DNA of 64,000 bases, taken from an uncultured cyanobacterium. Its GTDB lineage: Bacteria > Cyanobacteriota > Cyanobacteriia > Cyanobacteriales > CAWCAG01. Each line of letters begins with the position of its first letter. Position 1 is the first letter of the stretch. Under the pieces are notes generated by a model that saw only the letters and a program-made list of their open reading frames with translations, was not told the origin of the DNA and made no database searches. Below are positions 20,181-30,255 of this stretch, in pieces. The DNA lies in NCBI GenBank assembly GCA_963803805.1, contig CAWDOD010000002.1:480001-544000 (forward strand). The letters run 5' to 3'. A program made the translations under genes and the position numbers.

Positions 20181-21446
20181 ATGAAAAAGCTTGATAATCG
20201 GCAATTACACCTCATAATCATTAGCTTTTTGGTTTTTGGTAGCATTCTTCGGCTGCTATGGGCTGCCGATATGGAGTGGAAGTACGATGAAAAAACCATC
20301 TTTGAATTAGCTCAACAAATTGCTGATGGTACTGTACCTTGGCCTGTATCAGGATTTCCTAGTTCGGTTATTGTCCGTATTCCTGGCATGAGTGTCTGGT
20401 GTTTTGCTGTCATTGCTAAGTTTGTTGACAGCCCTGTAGCCATGGTGCGTTGGGTGCAATGGCTCAATGTCATCACTCTCTGGCTATTCTTTGGCTTCAT
20501 AGTTTGGCAAATCCCCAAAATTGAAAGACTTACTTGGTTATGGGGATTAGCAATTGCTAGTGTCAATCCTTTTGCCATCCTCATGTCGAGAAGAATTTGG
20601 CAACCGGATATTCTTGCTCCTTTTTGTTTCTTGATTTTTCTTGGTCACTGGTTCCGCCGCCAATTCTGGGGTAGCTTTGTGTGGGGATTTGTGGGTATTT
20701 TAAGTGGACAGGTGCAGATGGGAGGTTTCTTTTTGGTTATGGGGCTTTTCCTCTGGACTGTTTGGGTTGAGTATAAACAAAGAACCTTTAAACAAACAGC
20801 TTGGCTGGGCTGGTTTTTAGGCACTGCCATTGGCTTTATTCCTTTAATCCCTTGGTTATGGGAAGTTTTACCCCAAATGGGAGGCTACAGACGTTCTTTA
20901 GTTGCTCTCCTTGTACCCAAATTTTACAGTCAATGGTTAACCTCAGCCCTAGGAGTTAATTTAAGTTATACCCTCAAGGAGTTTTTCTGGAGCGACTTTC
21001 TCAAAGAACCCTTAATTTTTGGCATTCCCACTTACCTAATGATTCCTGCTCATTTATGTTTAGTTGCTGTTGGTATCTATCCTATTTACAGATGGTTTAA
21101 ATCAAGGAAAAAACCTGCTTTTACACCAGAAGATTCTCACTTAAGTTTTCACCTCAAAGCTATGGGTTTAGCTGTGGGTATTGTTTTTACTTTATCAAGG
21201 GTAAATGTACACCCTTACTACATAACTATTATTTTTCCCTTTACTTATATTTGGTTAGCCAGACTATATAAAAATCACCTTAAAGTTTTAATTGCGATCG
21301 CCTTAGTACAATTATCAATTAGCTGTACTTTTTTAGTTTTTGTTCATCGCACAGGTGGTATGCCTTCCTGTGGCTCTGGTTATGGAGTTTCCTATCGCTT
21401 TCAAGTAGAAAAGGGAATACCTTGTGAAGAAATTCATCATCAATAA
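20181..21446 (+). CDS. Polytopic membrane protein, GT-C-like (paralog 2)
   Basis: Collinear with the upstream gene (LRLLWAADM, APFCF, DFLKEPL, FGIPTYLMIPAHL). Confidence 0.6.
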   Translation: MKKLDNRQLHLIIISFLVFGSILRLLWAADMEWKYDEKTIFELAQQIADGTVPWPVSGFPSSVIVRIPGMSVWCFAVIAKFVDSPVAMVRWVQWLNVITLWLFFGFIVWQIPKIERLTWLWGLAIASVNPFAILMSRRIWQPDILAPFCFLIFLGHWFRRQFWGSFVWGFVGILSGQVQMGGFFLVMGLFLWTVWVEYKQRTFKQTAWLGWFLGTAIGFIPLIPWLWEVLPQMGGYRRSLVALLVPKFYSQWLTSALGVNLSYTLKEFFWSDFLKEPLIFGIPTYLMIPAHLCLVAVGIYPIYRWFKSRKKPAFTPEDSHLSFHLKAMGLAVGIVFTLSRVNVHPYYITIIFPFTYIWLARLYKNHLKVLIAIALVQLSISCTFLVFVHRTGGMPSCGSGYGVSYRFQVEKGIPCEEIHHQ

Positions 21447-21534
21447 TTGTACAACTTTGCCATTGTTGTACAGTAAATTATTTTTTCTTCTTGTATTGCA
21501 TCTTCTTATTTCAAGTAGAAGCAATTATCAATTA

Positions 21535-22635
21535 TTAAACATTTTCTATTTGTAATTTTTGCTCAATAGTTATTCCTCTATTTTGCAAAGTTTCCACAAA
21601 CAAATTTGTACTCAAAGCTTGTTCTACAGGCCAAATACCGGGTTTGTGTAATCTTCCTTTCAGTAATAATTCGGCAACACTTCCTGTTCCCATACCTGCT
21701 GCGATTGCAGTGTTTTCGTAGGTAAAAGTAGCACAACATTTTGCTTTTTGCCCGTCTTTTTCTCCCTCTATCTTTGAAGCCATAGCTACGCCGATACCGC
21801 TAAAGTGATCGCTTACTTTGGTCATAGCATAACTAACGCGGGAGAAAAATTCGATGCCTTGAGAACTTTCAATCCAAGCCGAGGGAAATATATGGGCTGT
21901 AATCCAAGTTAAATGATTATATAAATCAGGAATAGAACCAAATTTAGTAATAATATTTTTAGCAGCAAAAGATTCAGCGAAGGTATAAGCTTCTGGCATA
22001 TTAAACCAATAAACTCCCGTCTTGCCATATTTAGGAAACTCAATTATTTCGCGATCGCTGTATGGTAAAACTTTTTGCCACTTACCATCTAACCAAGCAT
22101 CAAAAGCTGCCCTCAGCCCTAAAAAGGTTGTCCGCATTACTGTCATTCCTGCTCCCCCAGAACCAGCTACCACATAACTTAAATGGATAGTTTCTATTGT
22201 GTCTAATTGTTCTACTCCTTGGCGTACCATACTATTAGAAATACCAGGGAAAATTCCGGTATTAAGTACAGCAGTGATGCCTGCATTAATAGCCTCATCT
22301 CGATATTGAATTACTTTTTGTAAAAACGAGCGATGATCGCTAACATCAACATAATCAACTTGTTGTTCAATGCAGATTTTTAAGACTCTACCATCGCGAT
22401 AATGAAAAGGCCCAGCACAATGAACTACTACATTAGCCGTGGCGATCGCAGCTTTTAATTGGTCTTGATCATCTAAATCTAATTGTAAAAAATGTAATCG
22501 TTTATTTTCCGAGATTTGCTCAATATTTGTTCTTCGTGTAACTGTAATTTCTGCATCTGTATATTGCAACAAATCCTTAGCTACACTACTACCAATTCTG
22601 CCTAAACCTCCTAGAATCAAAACGCGCTGTTTCAT
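21535..22635 (-). CDS. Saccharopine dehydrogenase-family oxidoreductase
   Basis: GGLGRIG, HCAGPF, YVDVSD and GIFPGISN motifs. Confidence 0.85.
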   Translation of the reverse strand: MKQRVLILGGLGRIGSSVAKDLLQYTDAEITVTRRTNIEQISENKRLHFLQLDLDDQDQLKAAIATANVVVHCAGPFHYRDGRVLKICIEQQVDYVDVSDHRSFLQKVIQYRDEAINAGITAVLNTGIFPGISNSMVRQGVEQLDTIETIHLSYVVAGSGGAGMTVMRTTFLGLRAAFDAWLDGKWQKVLPYSDREIIEFPKYGKTGVYWFNMPEAYTFAESFAAKNIITKFGSIPDLYNHLTWITAHIFPSAWIESSQGIEFFSRVSYAMTKVSDHFSGIGVAMASKIEGEKDGQKAKCCATFTYENTAIAAGMGTGSVAELLLKGRLHKPGIWPVEQALSTNLFVETLQNRGITIEQKLQIENV

Positions 22636-22748
22636 CTTCTCAACTTTCTCATCCCTGAATTTGTGAGCAATCTTAGCTTATTAACGAATGCTGTGAACTT
22701 ACCTGTAGTTTATGATTGATAAATAATAACTGATTGAGACTAAAGCCA

Positions 22749-23312
22749 ATGTCAGTAATGACAGTAAAAGACCTCGAACAACTACAAACTACTCTTAACA
22801 AAGCGGGTTTGGATTATCAACTAGAGTTAGAAGGTGGCAAAATAACCGTCATGAGTCCGAAGGACATTGCCTCCAGTGAAATTGGTGCTATTTTAATTCG
22901 GCTATTAGGTAACTGGGTTTATCCTCGCCTTCTAGGGAGAATTTTCGACTCTGCCGGGGGTTTCATTATGCCTGATAGTAATGTTAAAGCACCGGATGTT
23001 TCCTTTGTCAGGGCAGCAAGATTACGGCAAAGTGTTCGCTATTTTGGGGATATGGTTCCTGATTTAGTTGTAGAAATCAAATCCCAAAGTGATAGAATTA
23101 GACCTCTGGTAGAGAAAATCGAGATGTTTTTATCTTTGGGTGCAGAGGTAGGAATTCTAATTGACCCAGATAATAAAACTGTAGTTATTTATAGAAATTC
23201 TGGGGAACCAACCCAATTAACAAACAATGATACCTTGACAATACCGGAACTTTTTCCTGGTTGGGAACTACCTGTTAGAGAACTTTGGCCTCCTATATTT
23301 GAAGAAGAGTAG
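22749..23312 (+). CDS. Uma2-family endonuclease
   Basis: APDVSFV...PDLVVEIKS...LIDP motifs. Confidence 0.9.
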   Translation: MSVMTVKDLEQLQTTLNKAGLDYQLELEGGKITVMSPKDIASSEIGAILIRLLGNWVYPRLLGRIFDSAGGFIMPDSNVKAPDVSFVRAARLRQSVRYFGDMVPDLVVEIKSQSDRIRPLVEKIEMFLSLGAEVGILIDPDNKTVVIYRNSGEPTQLTNNDTLTIPELFPGWELPVRELWPPIFEEE

Positions 23313-23519
23313 AATAGTCAAAGTTTTACGGGCTAAACAGACAATCACAAAGCATAATAATGGGAAGGTGGAATCGTCTCAATCCCATAATTAATCAACT
23401 GACTTAACATTACATAGATAAACTAGGGTGCATCTTACCTTGAAAGGCATTGTATAGTTGAGATTTAGCTTCCCAATGGAAGTAATTCTCCAAATGCTAA
23501 CGTTGGCAACAAGGACATT

Positions 23520-25619
23520 ATGGAACTAAGCGAGAACCAATCTAGGTCGTTGAATTGGCGCGGAGAAAGTGCCTTAGCTGCCATTGTTTTCACAGATGTG
23601 GAGTCTTTTACTCCGATCATGGCAGCGGATGAAAAGCACGCTTTGGCCTTGATACAGAGAGATTTTCAATTAATGGCTCGCTTTTGCGAACAATGGGAAG
23701 GACAAGTACTCAAATACTTGGGAGATGGTATGTTGATGTACTTTGTTAGCGCCGAAAAAGCTGTAGATTGTGCCATTGAAATTCAAAAAGAGTTAGTAAC
23801 CACAGCAACTACTTTAGAAAAGAAAGATATTTTAACCCATCGCATCGGTATACATTTGGGAGATGTCTTCTTTAATGGTCAAGATGTCATGGGAAAAGGG
23901 GTTAATATGGCTTCTCGGTTAGAAGGACAATCTCAACCTGGAGGAATTTGTATTTCCCACACAGTTTATGAAGTGGTTAAAAATCGCCTCCAAGCCCCTA
24001 TTACCTATGCAGGGATGAGGAAATTAAAAGGTATCCGTGAACCTGCCCCTATTTATTTAATCCCCCCACCACGCCAAAAAATAGAAACAAAAACCAGGAT
24101 ATTTATAAGTTATCGTAGCCAAGAACCAGATTTAAGCCTTGCCCAGGAGTTTTACCATACTTTGATTAAAGCTGATTATGAAGCTTTTATGGCAGGGGAA
24201 AGTATTCGTTTAGGGGAAAGGTGGGCCCAAAGAATTGAAGATGAATTAAAATGCTGTGATTATTTACTACTACTTCTTTCTGAACAATCTGCTGCCAGCG
24301 AGATGGTGACAGAAGAGATTCGCCGGGCGAAGGAATTACATAACCTTAATTCCGATGGTAAGCCTTATATTTTACCCATTAGGGTTAAATTTCCCATGAG
24401 TTCACCTTTGAATTACAACCTCAAAGGTTATTTAGATAAGATTCAACAAAGAGAATGGAATTCAGAGGCTGATACTTCTCGGTTAGTGCAAGAAGTCCTG
24501 GATTTAATTCATTCTGGAAAACCACTAGAACAGCCAGAGGAAAATACTTCCCAAGCTTATGAAACTAATTGGGAAAATTCTGATCTTCCTCCTTTACCCA
24601 TAGCTGTCCCTGAATTACCCGATGGGCAAGTAGATGTCGCTTCGGTATTTTATGTTGAACGCCCTCCCATTGAAGATCGGGCCATAGAAACAGTTATTCA
24701 AGCTGGTTCTTTAATCCGGATTAAAGCCCCCAGGCAAATGGGCAAAACTTCCTTAATGGCGAGAATATTGCACCATGCCAAGCAACAAGGTTATTGTGCT
24801 GTCCCCTTAAGCTTTCAGCTAGCCGATGGTAAGATATTTCAAGATTTAGACCGTTTCTTGCGTTGGTTTTGCGCTAGCGTGGGTAGGAGGTTACGCTTAC
24901 CCAATCAGCTTAACGATTATTGGGATGAAATTTTTGGCAGCAAGGATAACTGCACAGCCTATTTTGAAGAATATCTCCTAGAAAATCTTGATGCCCCTCT
25001 GGTTTTAGGTTTGGATGAAGTAGATTGTATTTTCAGATATCCAGAAATCGCCACAGACTTTTTTGGCTTATTGCGGGCTTGGCATGAAGAAGCCAAAAAT
25101 CGCGATATTTGGAAAAAGTTACGCTTAGTGGTAGTACATTCCACAGAAGTTTATGTACCTATGGATGTCAACCAATCCCCTTTTAACGTTGGGCTACCAT
25201 TGGAATTACCAGAATTTACCCCAGAACAAGTTTGTGAACTATCTCGTTTACACGGTTTAGATTGGCAAAAGCCACAAATTATGGAACTGATGAACTTAGT
25301 GGGGGGACATCCTTATTTAATTCGTTTGGCACTCTACCATATTGCTAGGCAAGATATTACCTTAGAAGAGTTGATGCAAGTCGCCCCTACAGAAGGTGGG
25401 TTATACAACGATCACTTGCGTCGTCATTTATGGAACTTACAACAACACCCAGAATTAGCTGGGGGGATGCAAGAGGTGGTGGAAGCTGGTACAGAATCTC
25501 TGCGTTTAGGTTCTAAGTTAGCTTTCAAATTACATAGTATGGGCTTAGTTAGTTTCCAAGGCAATGAAGTTAAACCAAGGTGTAATTTATATCAGCAATA
25601 TTTTCAAGAAAGACTTTAG
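23520..25619 (+). CDS. Class III nucleotide cyclase + TIR + AAA_35 (STAND-like) ATPase fusion
   Basis: FTDV/KYLGDG/RIGIHLG/VNMASRLE; IFISY...SEMVTEEI; APRQMGKTS, LDEVD and GGHPYL. Confidence 0.85.
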   Translation: MELSENQSRSLNWRGESALAAIVFTDVESFTPIMAADEKHALALIQRDFQLMARFCEQWEGQVLKYLGDGMLMYFVSAEKAVDCAIEIQKELVTTATTLEKKDILTHRIGIHLGDVFFNGQDVMGKGVNMASRLEGQSQPGGICISHTVYEVVKNRLQAPITYAGMRKLKGIREPAPIYLIPPPRQKIETKTRIFISYRSQEPDLSLAQEFYHTLIKADYEAFMAGESIRLGERWAQRIEDELKCCDYLLLLLSEQSAASEMVTEEIRRAKELHNLNSDGKPYILPIRVKFPMSSPLNYNLKGYLDKIQQREWNSEADTSRLVQEVLDLIHSGKPLEQPEENTSQAYETNWENSDLPPLPIAVPELPDGQVDVASVFYVERPPIEDRAIETVIQAGSLIRIKAPRQMGKTSLMARILHHAKQQGYCAVPLSFQLADGKIFQDLDRFLRWFCASVGRRLRLPNQLNDYWDEIFGSKDNCTAYFEEYLLENLDAPLVLGLDEVDCIFRYPEIATDFFGLLRAWHEEAKNRDIWKKLRLVVVHSTEVYVPMDVNQSPFNVGLPLELPEFTPEQVCELSRLHGLDWQKPQIMELMNLVGGHPYLIRLALYHIARQDITLEELMQVAPTEGGLYNDHLRRHLWNLQQHPELAGGMQEVVEAGTESLRLGSKLAFKLHSMGLVSFQGNEVKPRCNLYQQYFQERL

Positions 25620-25757
25620 CAAGGAAGATGGGAACTGTTTCATTATATCTGCGATTCTGAAGACACTGAATCAAGTCAAATGGAACTTGCTAGCATAGTT
25701 CTTAATGTCTCTTTTAATCAGATTTACGAAGATATTGATCTAACTCGTGATGGCTAA
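25620..25757 (+). pseudogene. C-terminal fragment of a Uma2-family endonuclease
   Basis: Reads QGRWELFHY...MELASIVLNVSFNQIYEDIDL..*, with no start codon for the N-terminal part. Confidence 0.55.
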
Positions 25758-25773
25758 AGATCCTCAATAAACC

Positions 25774-26889
25774 ATGTCCCCCAAAACACAAAGCCAACAA
25801 CTCAACCAAGACTTAATCCTCTACGACTTTTCCCAAACTCCCCACCGTTTTTCCATCTCTTCCCTCTCTTTAACCAAACAGGAGGAGGAAATCATCGAAT
25901 GCCGCCTCACCTTGCAAATCAGTACAGAAATTTACCAACGCATCGACAGGGGAGCATTGTTCAATCTTAAACCAGAAATACGCAATTCTGCTACTGCAAA
26001 GTTCCAACCTGCCCCTGATATTGAACTTGAAGTATGCCTCAAACCTGATTTGTTACCGCAACTAGCACAACAGGTTGCAAACGTTGAAGAAGCTGTTAAC
26101 TATCTTTTCCATTTGAGTAAAGAACAAAGCGACAATCCCTTACTCTGCACTGAAAGTTGGCTTGCACTTTCGGTTAAACAACAACAAGAATCAGGGGAAG
26201 TAGGCTATCGTACTCTCTGGTCTTATATTAGTCCCCAAGCCCTTGCCCAAGCTACTATTTCTGATTCTGGTGAAGGAATTTCTGAAGCTGTTGTTAACTT
26301 TTTTCTGGAATGGACAGAATCTCATCTATCAGCAGCAACCCAGCAAAGTGCAAACCAATTGCTAGATGGCATCACCGAGTTTTTTGATGAATTGGCTGAT
26401 ACTGCTGTAGATAAGCTGGCTAAAGTTGCTACAGCTAAAGGTAGAATTTTTGAAGAGATAGTAAATTTCTTTACCCAAGAAGATTGGCAATTTACCAAAG
26501 TGCAGGGGGAGTTAAGTCTACGTTTAGCTTGCCAAGGTAGCAATGGGCAATGGCATTGCTATGCTAGTGCTAGAGAAGAGCAACAACAATTTATTTTTTA
26601 CTCCCTTTGTCCTGTCATAGTACCTAAAAAGAAACGAAGACAACTAGGAGAATTTATCTGTCGTGCCAACTACGGGGCAATTATCGGTAACTTTGAATTA
26701 GATTTCAATGACGGAGAAATTCGCTACAAAACCAGCATTGATGTCGAAGGGGATTCCCTTAGTTTTTCTCTCATTAAGCAAATGGTTTACGCCAATGTGA
26801 CTATGATGGATGAATATTTACCAGGAATTATGGCAGTGATTGATTGCAAAGCCTCCCCGGAAGAAGCTATTGCTACAATTGAAACCTAG
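25774..26889 (+). CDS. YbjN domain-containing protein
   Basis: C-terminal RANYGAIIGNFELDFNDGEIRYKTSIDV motif. Confidence 0.8.
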   Translation: MSPKTQSQQLNQDLILYDFSQTPHRFSISSLSLTKQEEEIIECRLTLQISTEIYQRIDRGALFNLKPEIRNSATAKFQPAPDIELEVCLKPDLLPQLAQQVANVEEAVNYLFHLSKEQSDNPLLCTESWLALSVKQQQESGEVGYRTLWSYISPQALAQATISDSGEGISEAVVNFFLEWTESHLSAATQQSANQLLDGITEFFDELADTAVDKLAKVATAKGRIFEEIVNFFTQEDWQFTKVQGELSLRLACQGSNGQWHCYASAREEQQQFIFYSLCPVIVPKKKRRQLGEFICRANYGAIIGNFELDFNDGEIRYKTSIDVEGDSLSFSLIKQMVYANVTMMDEYLPGIMAVIDCKASPEEAIATIET

Positions 26890-26971
26890 TACCTTGACAT
26901 TCTCATCATGTTTAAAATTAGCGATCGCCTCTTGCATATCTAAAGCCATTGTTGCGGCAAAGTATTCGACT

Positions 26972-27646
26972 TTAATCTGTTAACCTCTTTCTTGCCCCAT
27001 CCAAAGCAGTAGTCGGATTAACTGCCACCCAACCACTAGGAGTTAATTGTCGCCACTCAAAATGGAGATGGGGAAGACTGCTTTTTCCTGTCGTTCCTAC
27101 TAAACCAATCACTTGCCCTTGTTCAACTTGCTCTCCTGATTGTACTAAGATTTTGTCAAGGTGAGCATATTGAGATTCTTGACTATCTTTCTCGTGACGC
27201 AATACCACAGTTAAACCAAATTGATCTGCGTAAGCGGCGATCGCAACTGTACCAGGATAAGCAGCAATAACAGGAGTACCAACGGGGGCTGATAAGTCTG
27301 CACCTGTATTAAATTCATTCGCTTTGGTAACAGGGTTAGTACCCCAACCGAAAGGTACAGTAGTTGGGGCGGCGATGGCTAAAGGAAATTGTAAGGGCAG
27401 GTTATTATTACCCAACTGTCCTTGAGAATCAACTTTGGGTTGGTAATTCTCCACACTACCTTGAAACCCCGGTAAAGGATTAGAATACCTGCGCCCTCGG
27501 TTAACTCGAATACCTTCAGTTTCTGGTCTAGGGGTTTGTGCCTGAGCTAAATTTGTTTGGTATAACTCAATTAAACTACTACCTGCGATCGCTAAGCTAA
27601 CAACTAAGGTAATGCTAGAGATTATCAAATAACGTTTGGGAAACAT
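26972..27646 (-). CDS. M23-family peptidase-like protein (first Zn ligand His replaced by Asn)
   Basis: FNTGADL, YAHL, GQVIGLVG and PHLHFE motifs. Confidence 0.85.
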   Translation of the reverse strand: MFPKRYLIISSITLVVSLAIAGSSLIELYQTNLAQAQTPRPETEGIRVNRGRRYSNPLPGFQGSVENYQPKVDSQGQLGNNNLPLQFPLAIAAPTTVPFGWGTNPVTKANEFNTGADLSAPVGTPVIAAYPGTVAIAAYADQFGLTVVLRHEKDSQESQYAHLDKILVQSGEQVEQGQVIGLVGTTGKSSLPHLHFEWRQLTPSGWVAVNPTTALDGARKRLTD

Positions 27647-27860
27647 AAGTCAAAAGTCAAAAGTTAAAATCATTATGACTTATTCCCTACCCCCTTACTC
27701 CGTCCGCACTTTTAATAGCAGTTAGCAATTATCAATCTAGCTTTTGCGTGTTAATACTGAATCAATCTGCTATTCTGTAAATATAGTTAGTGCATATAAT
27801 GAGATGAGGTATCTATCTTCCGAATGAGAATATCAACATTCGTCAAGTTTAACTAAAATT

Positions 27861-29207
27861 ATGAACGACCAAGCCCTGAAACAAGCATTACTGAATTTAC
27901 CAAACCAGGAAAAAGAAGCAGTTGTCAACGACGTTTTTGTCCCAGATTTACTAAATGCTCTTGGTTTTGAGCTTATGGAGCGCATCCCCCAGTTTGCTAC
28001 AGGAAGGGGAAATGATGCAGTCGATTATGCCCTACGTCATAATACTCAGGATGATATCTTTCTCCAAACTAAAGCTAATCCTTCTGTGTTACTTGAACTA
28101 AAAGGTAGAGATATTAATCTTACTGAAGGTTCTTCTCAATATAAATCTACGGTTAAACAAATTCGTCGCTATTTATTATCGCCAAATTGTAAAAGCGTGC
28201 AGTGGGGAATCATTACTAACTCGGCTCATATTCAAGTTTTTAGAAAGCACGGCAAGGTTATTTATCCTGCTACCCAATGTCTAGAAATCACCACGGATAA
28301 TGTTGGTGAGATTGTCCAAAAGGTTGCCAATCAAATCCAAAATACTCCCAGAGCATTAACGGTAGCAGTTTATAACAATAAAGGAGGCGTAGGCAAAACC
28401 ACAACCACAGTGAATCTTGCTTCAATTCTTACTTTGAAGGGGAAGAAAGTTTTAGTTGTTGATTTTGATCCTAACCAACAAGATTTAACTAATTCACTAG
28501 GTGTAAAACCAGGAAAAGTAACTTTTTATTCTTGTTTAGAAGACAAAAAGAATCAAGTTCCCTTTGAGGAGGTGATGCGTCCTTATAAAATTCATTTCAA
28601 AAAGCTCAATAAGGATTTTGTTTTTGATGTTATTCCGGCTAACGAAGAATTTTCAAACATGGGAGAAGATGATTTAAGGAAAAATCTTAAGCGTTTTCGA
28701 TTGCGTCAGTTTCTAGGTAGTTTGAAATCACAATACGACTATATCTTAATTGATTCGCCTCCAAATTGGAGGTTTTTTAGTATTAGCGCAATCTATGCAG
28801 CAGATGTGGTTTTTATACCCACCAAACACAACAACATTTTTTCATTAGAAAATGCTGCTATAGCTATCAGTAAATATATTTCAGACGTGCAAGAAAAGCG
28901 TAAAGATGGAGGGCCGATTGCCCTACCGATTTTCTTCAATGGTGAAAAGATTAGTGATGCGGCTAGAAATACAGCCAACAAAGCAATACAAAATATCATT
29001 CAAAAAGCCAAAAAAGAGGATAAATTTGATTTGCTTCCCTATTTTTATCCCCGTTATACTTCCGCTAAAAAAGACCTTCACATTTTCGACGTACCAAGCT
29101 ACGCTCATATAGCTGATGCCGCCTTTTCCCGTATCCCAGCTACCTACAAAAATAAAACCGCACGGGATTATTACTTAAGCTTAGCCAAGGAGTATTTTTT
29201 ACAATGA
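27861..29207 (+). CDS. Restriction-endonuclease-like (HsdR_N-type) domain fused to a ParA/Soj ATPase
   Basis: LLNALGF...VDYAL...LLELK...QIRRYL...GIITN; deviant Walker A KGGVGKTT, VDFDPN and ILIDSPP. Confidence 0.82.
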   Translation: MNDQALKQALLNLPNQEKEAVVNDVFVPDLLNALGFELMERIPQFATGRGNDAVDYALRHNTQDDIFLQTKANPSVLLELKGRDINLTEGSSQYKSTVKQIRRYLLSPNCKSVQWGIITNSAHIQVFRKHGKVIYPATQCLEITTDNVGEIVQKVANQIQNTPRALTVAVYNNKGGVGKTTTTVNLASILTLKGKKVLVVDFDPNQQDLTNSLGVKPGKVTFYSCLEDKKNQVPFEEVMRPYKIHFKKLNKDFVFDVIPANEEFSNMGEDDLRKNLKRFRLRQFLGSLKSQYDYILIDSPPNWRFFSISAIYAADVVFIPTKHNNIFSLENAAIAISKYISDVQEKRKDGGPIALPIFFNGEKISDAARNTANKAIQNIIQKAKKEDKFDLLPYFYPRYTSAKKDLHIFDVPSYAHIADAAFSRIPATYKNKTARDYYLSLAKEYFLQ

Positions 29208-29887
29208 GTAACTTAAGCGATATTGGGAACTTAATGTACCTGTATCTAGAAGAAATCGAACCGGGTGAGGGGACAGATGCACCAGAATTTCTAATCAAAG
29301 CTACAGCCAAAACTCTCAGCGATTTTGGGGGGCGAAATTGGCTTCCTTTAATTGTTAAAGAAACTGGGGAAGATAGTTATGAAGCGATCGCCAACTTATT
29401 TATCTATGCGGTGGCAGAAGAAGCAGGTTTAGAAAAGGTTTGGTGTATTATTGCTGATGATAGCAAAGAAACTGCTCAATTAGCTAAAACCTTAGCTGGG
29501 GAAGTGATCCCCAAAATAAACCTTTCTACAGCTAGCCGTGATGAAATTCAAGCAACCCTACAATATTTAATTGAAAAACCTGGTAGCCCTCTCAAAGGGG
29601 TGAAACTTTCTGTAGCCACAAACCGCATTGATGAAGCCCCCCGGCAATATTGGCAAAACTTCAACGAAATTACCAAACTCCAATGTGGTATCACCAGGGG
29701 GAAAAAACTTGATACCCTCAAAGAAGTTTTTGAACTCACTCCCCAGCCCATGCCTGATGTAATCAAAGATCCAGCAATCTTAACCACCATGACTACAAAA
29801 GACTTAAAAACCATGGCCAAAAAGCGAGGAATGTCTGGCTACAGCAAAAAGAAAAAAGGCGAATTAGTGGAGTTACTCAGCCAGTAG
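29204..29887 (+). CDS. ParB/Srx-like domain + HhH-like domain + Rho N-terminal domain protein
   Basis: GRNWLPLIVKE..YEAIAN..AEEAGLEKVWCII; KINLSTASRDEI...; MTTKDLKTMAKKRGMSGYSKKKKGELVELL; ATGA overlap with the upstream stop. Confidence 0.7.
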   Translation: MSNLSDIGNLMYLYLEEIEPGEGTDAPEFLIKATAKTLSDFGGRNWLPLIVKETGEDSYEAIANLFIYAVAEEAGLEKVWCIIADDSKETAQLAKTLAGEVIPKINLSTASRDEIQATLQYLIEKPGSPLKGVKLSVATNRIDEAPRQYWQNFNEITKLQCGITRGKKLDTLKEVFELTPQPMPDVIKDPAILTTMTTKDLKTMAKKRGMSGYSKKKKGELVELLSQ

Positions 29888-30255
29888 GCGTAGACAAAAC
29901 CCGCCGTTAGGCATCGCGCCACAAAAAACTGTCGCCTATTGCACTCTTTGCCTGTTGCCTTTGCCCTAACATTAGTAGCCTGTAAGACTAACATAAACTT
30001 CGGCTTAGAAAATCATTAAACTTTAGGCATATTTGCTCATATAGCAATTAACTTTAAAAAAGGCCAAACTAGAGTACATTCATTAATTGTCAATAGTTAC
30101 TAACTGAGCGAACATCAAAATTTTCTTGGCTGGGGTCATAAAAAAAGGAGCAACTACCAAAGGTTTTGATCTGGTTGTCTGCCATGAAGTCAATATTACT
30201 GATTGCTTCTGACGCAATCTGACAGGATGCCTGCTGCAACAGGAGGCTAAAACTA

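Noticed and set aside
25617-25757. Stop-codon readthrough from the cyclase-TIR-AAA gene into the in-frame downstream segment
   Set aside because: The AAA domain ends at its usual C-terminus (CNLYQQYF), and the extension looks like an unrelated Uma2 tail; frame sharing has a 1-in-3 chance.
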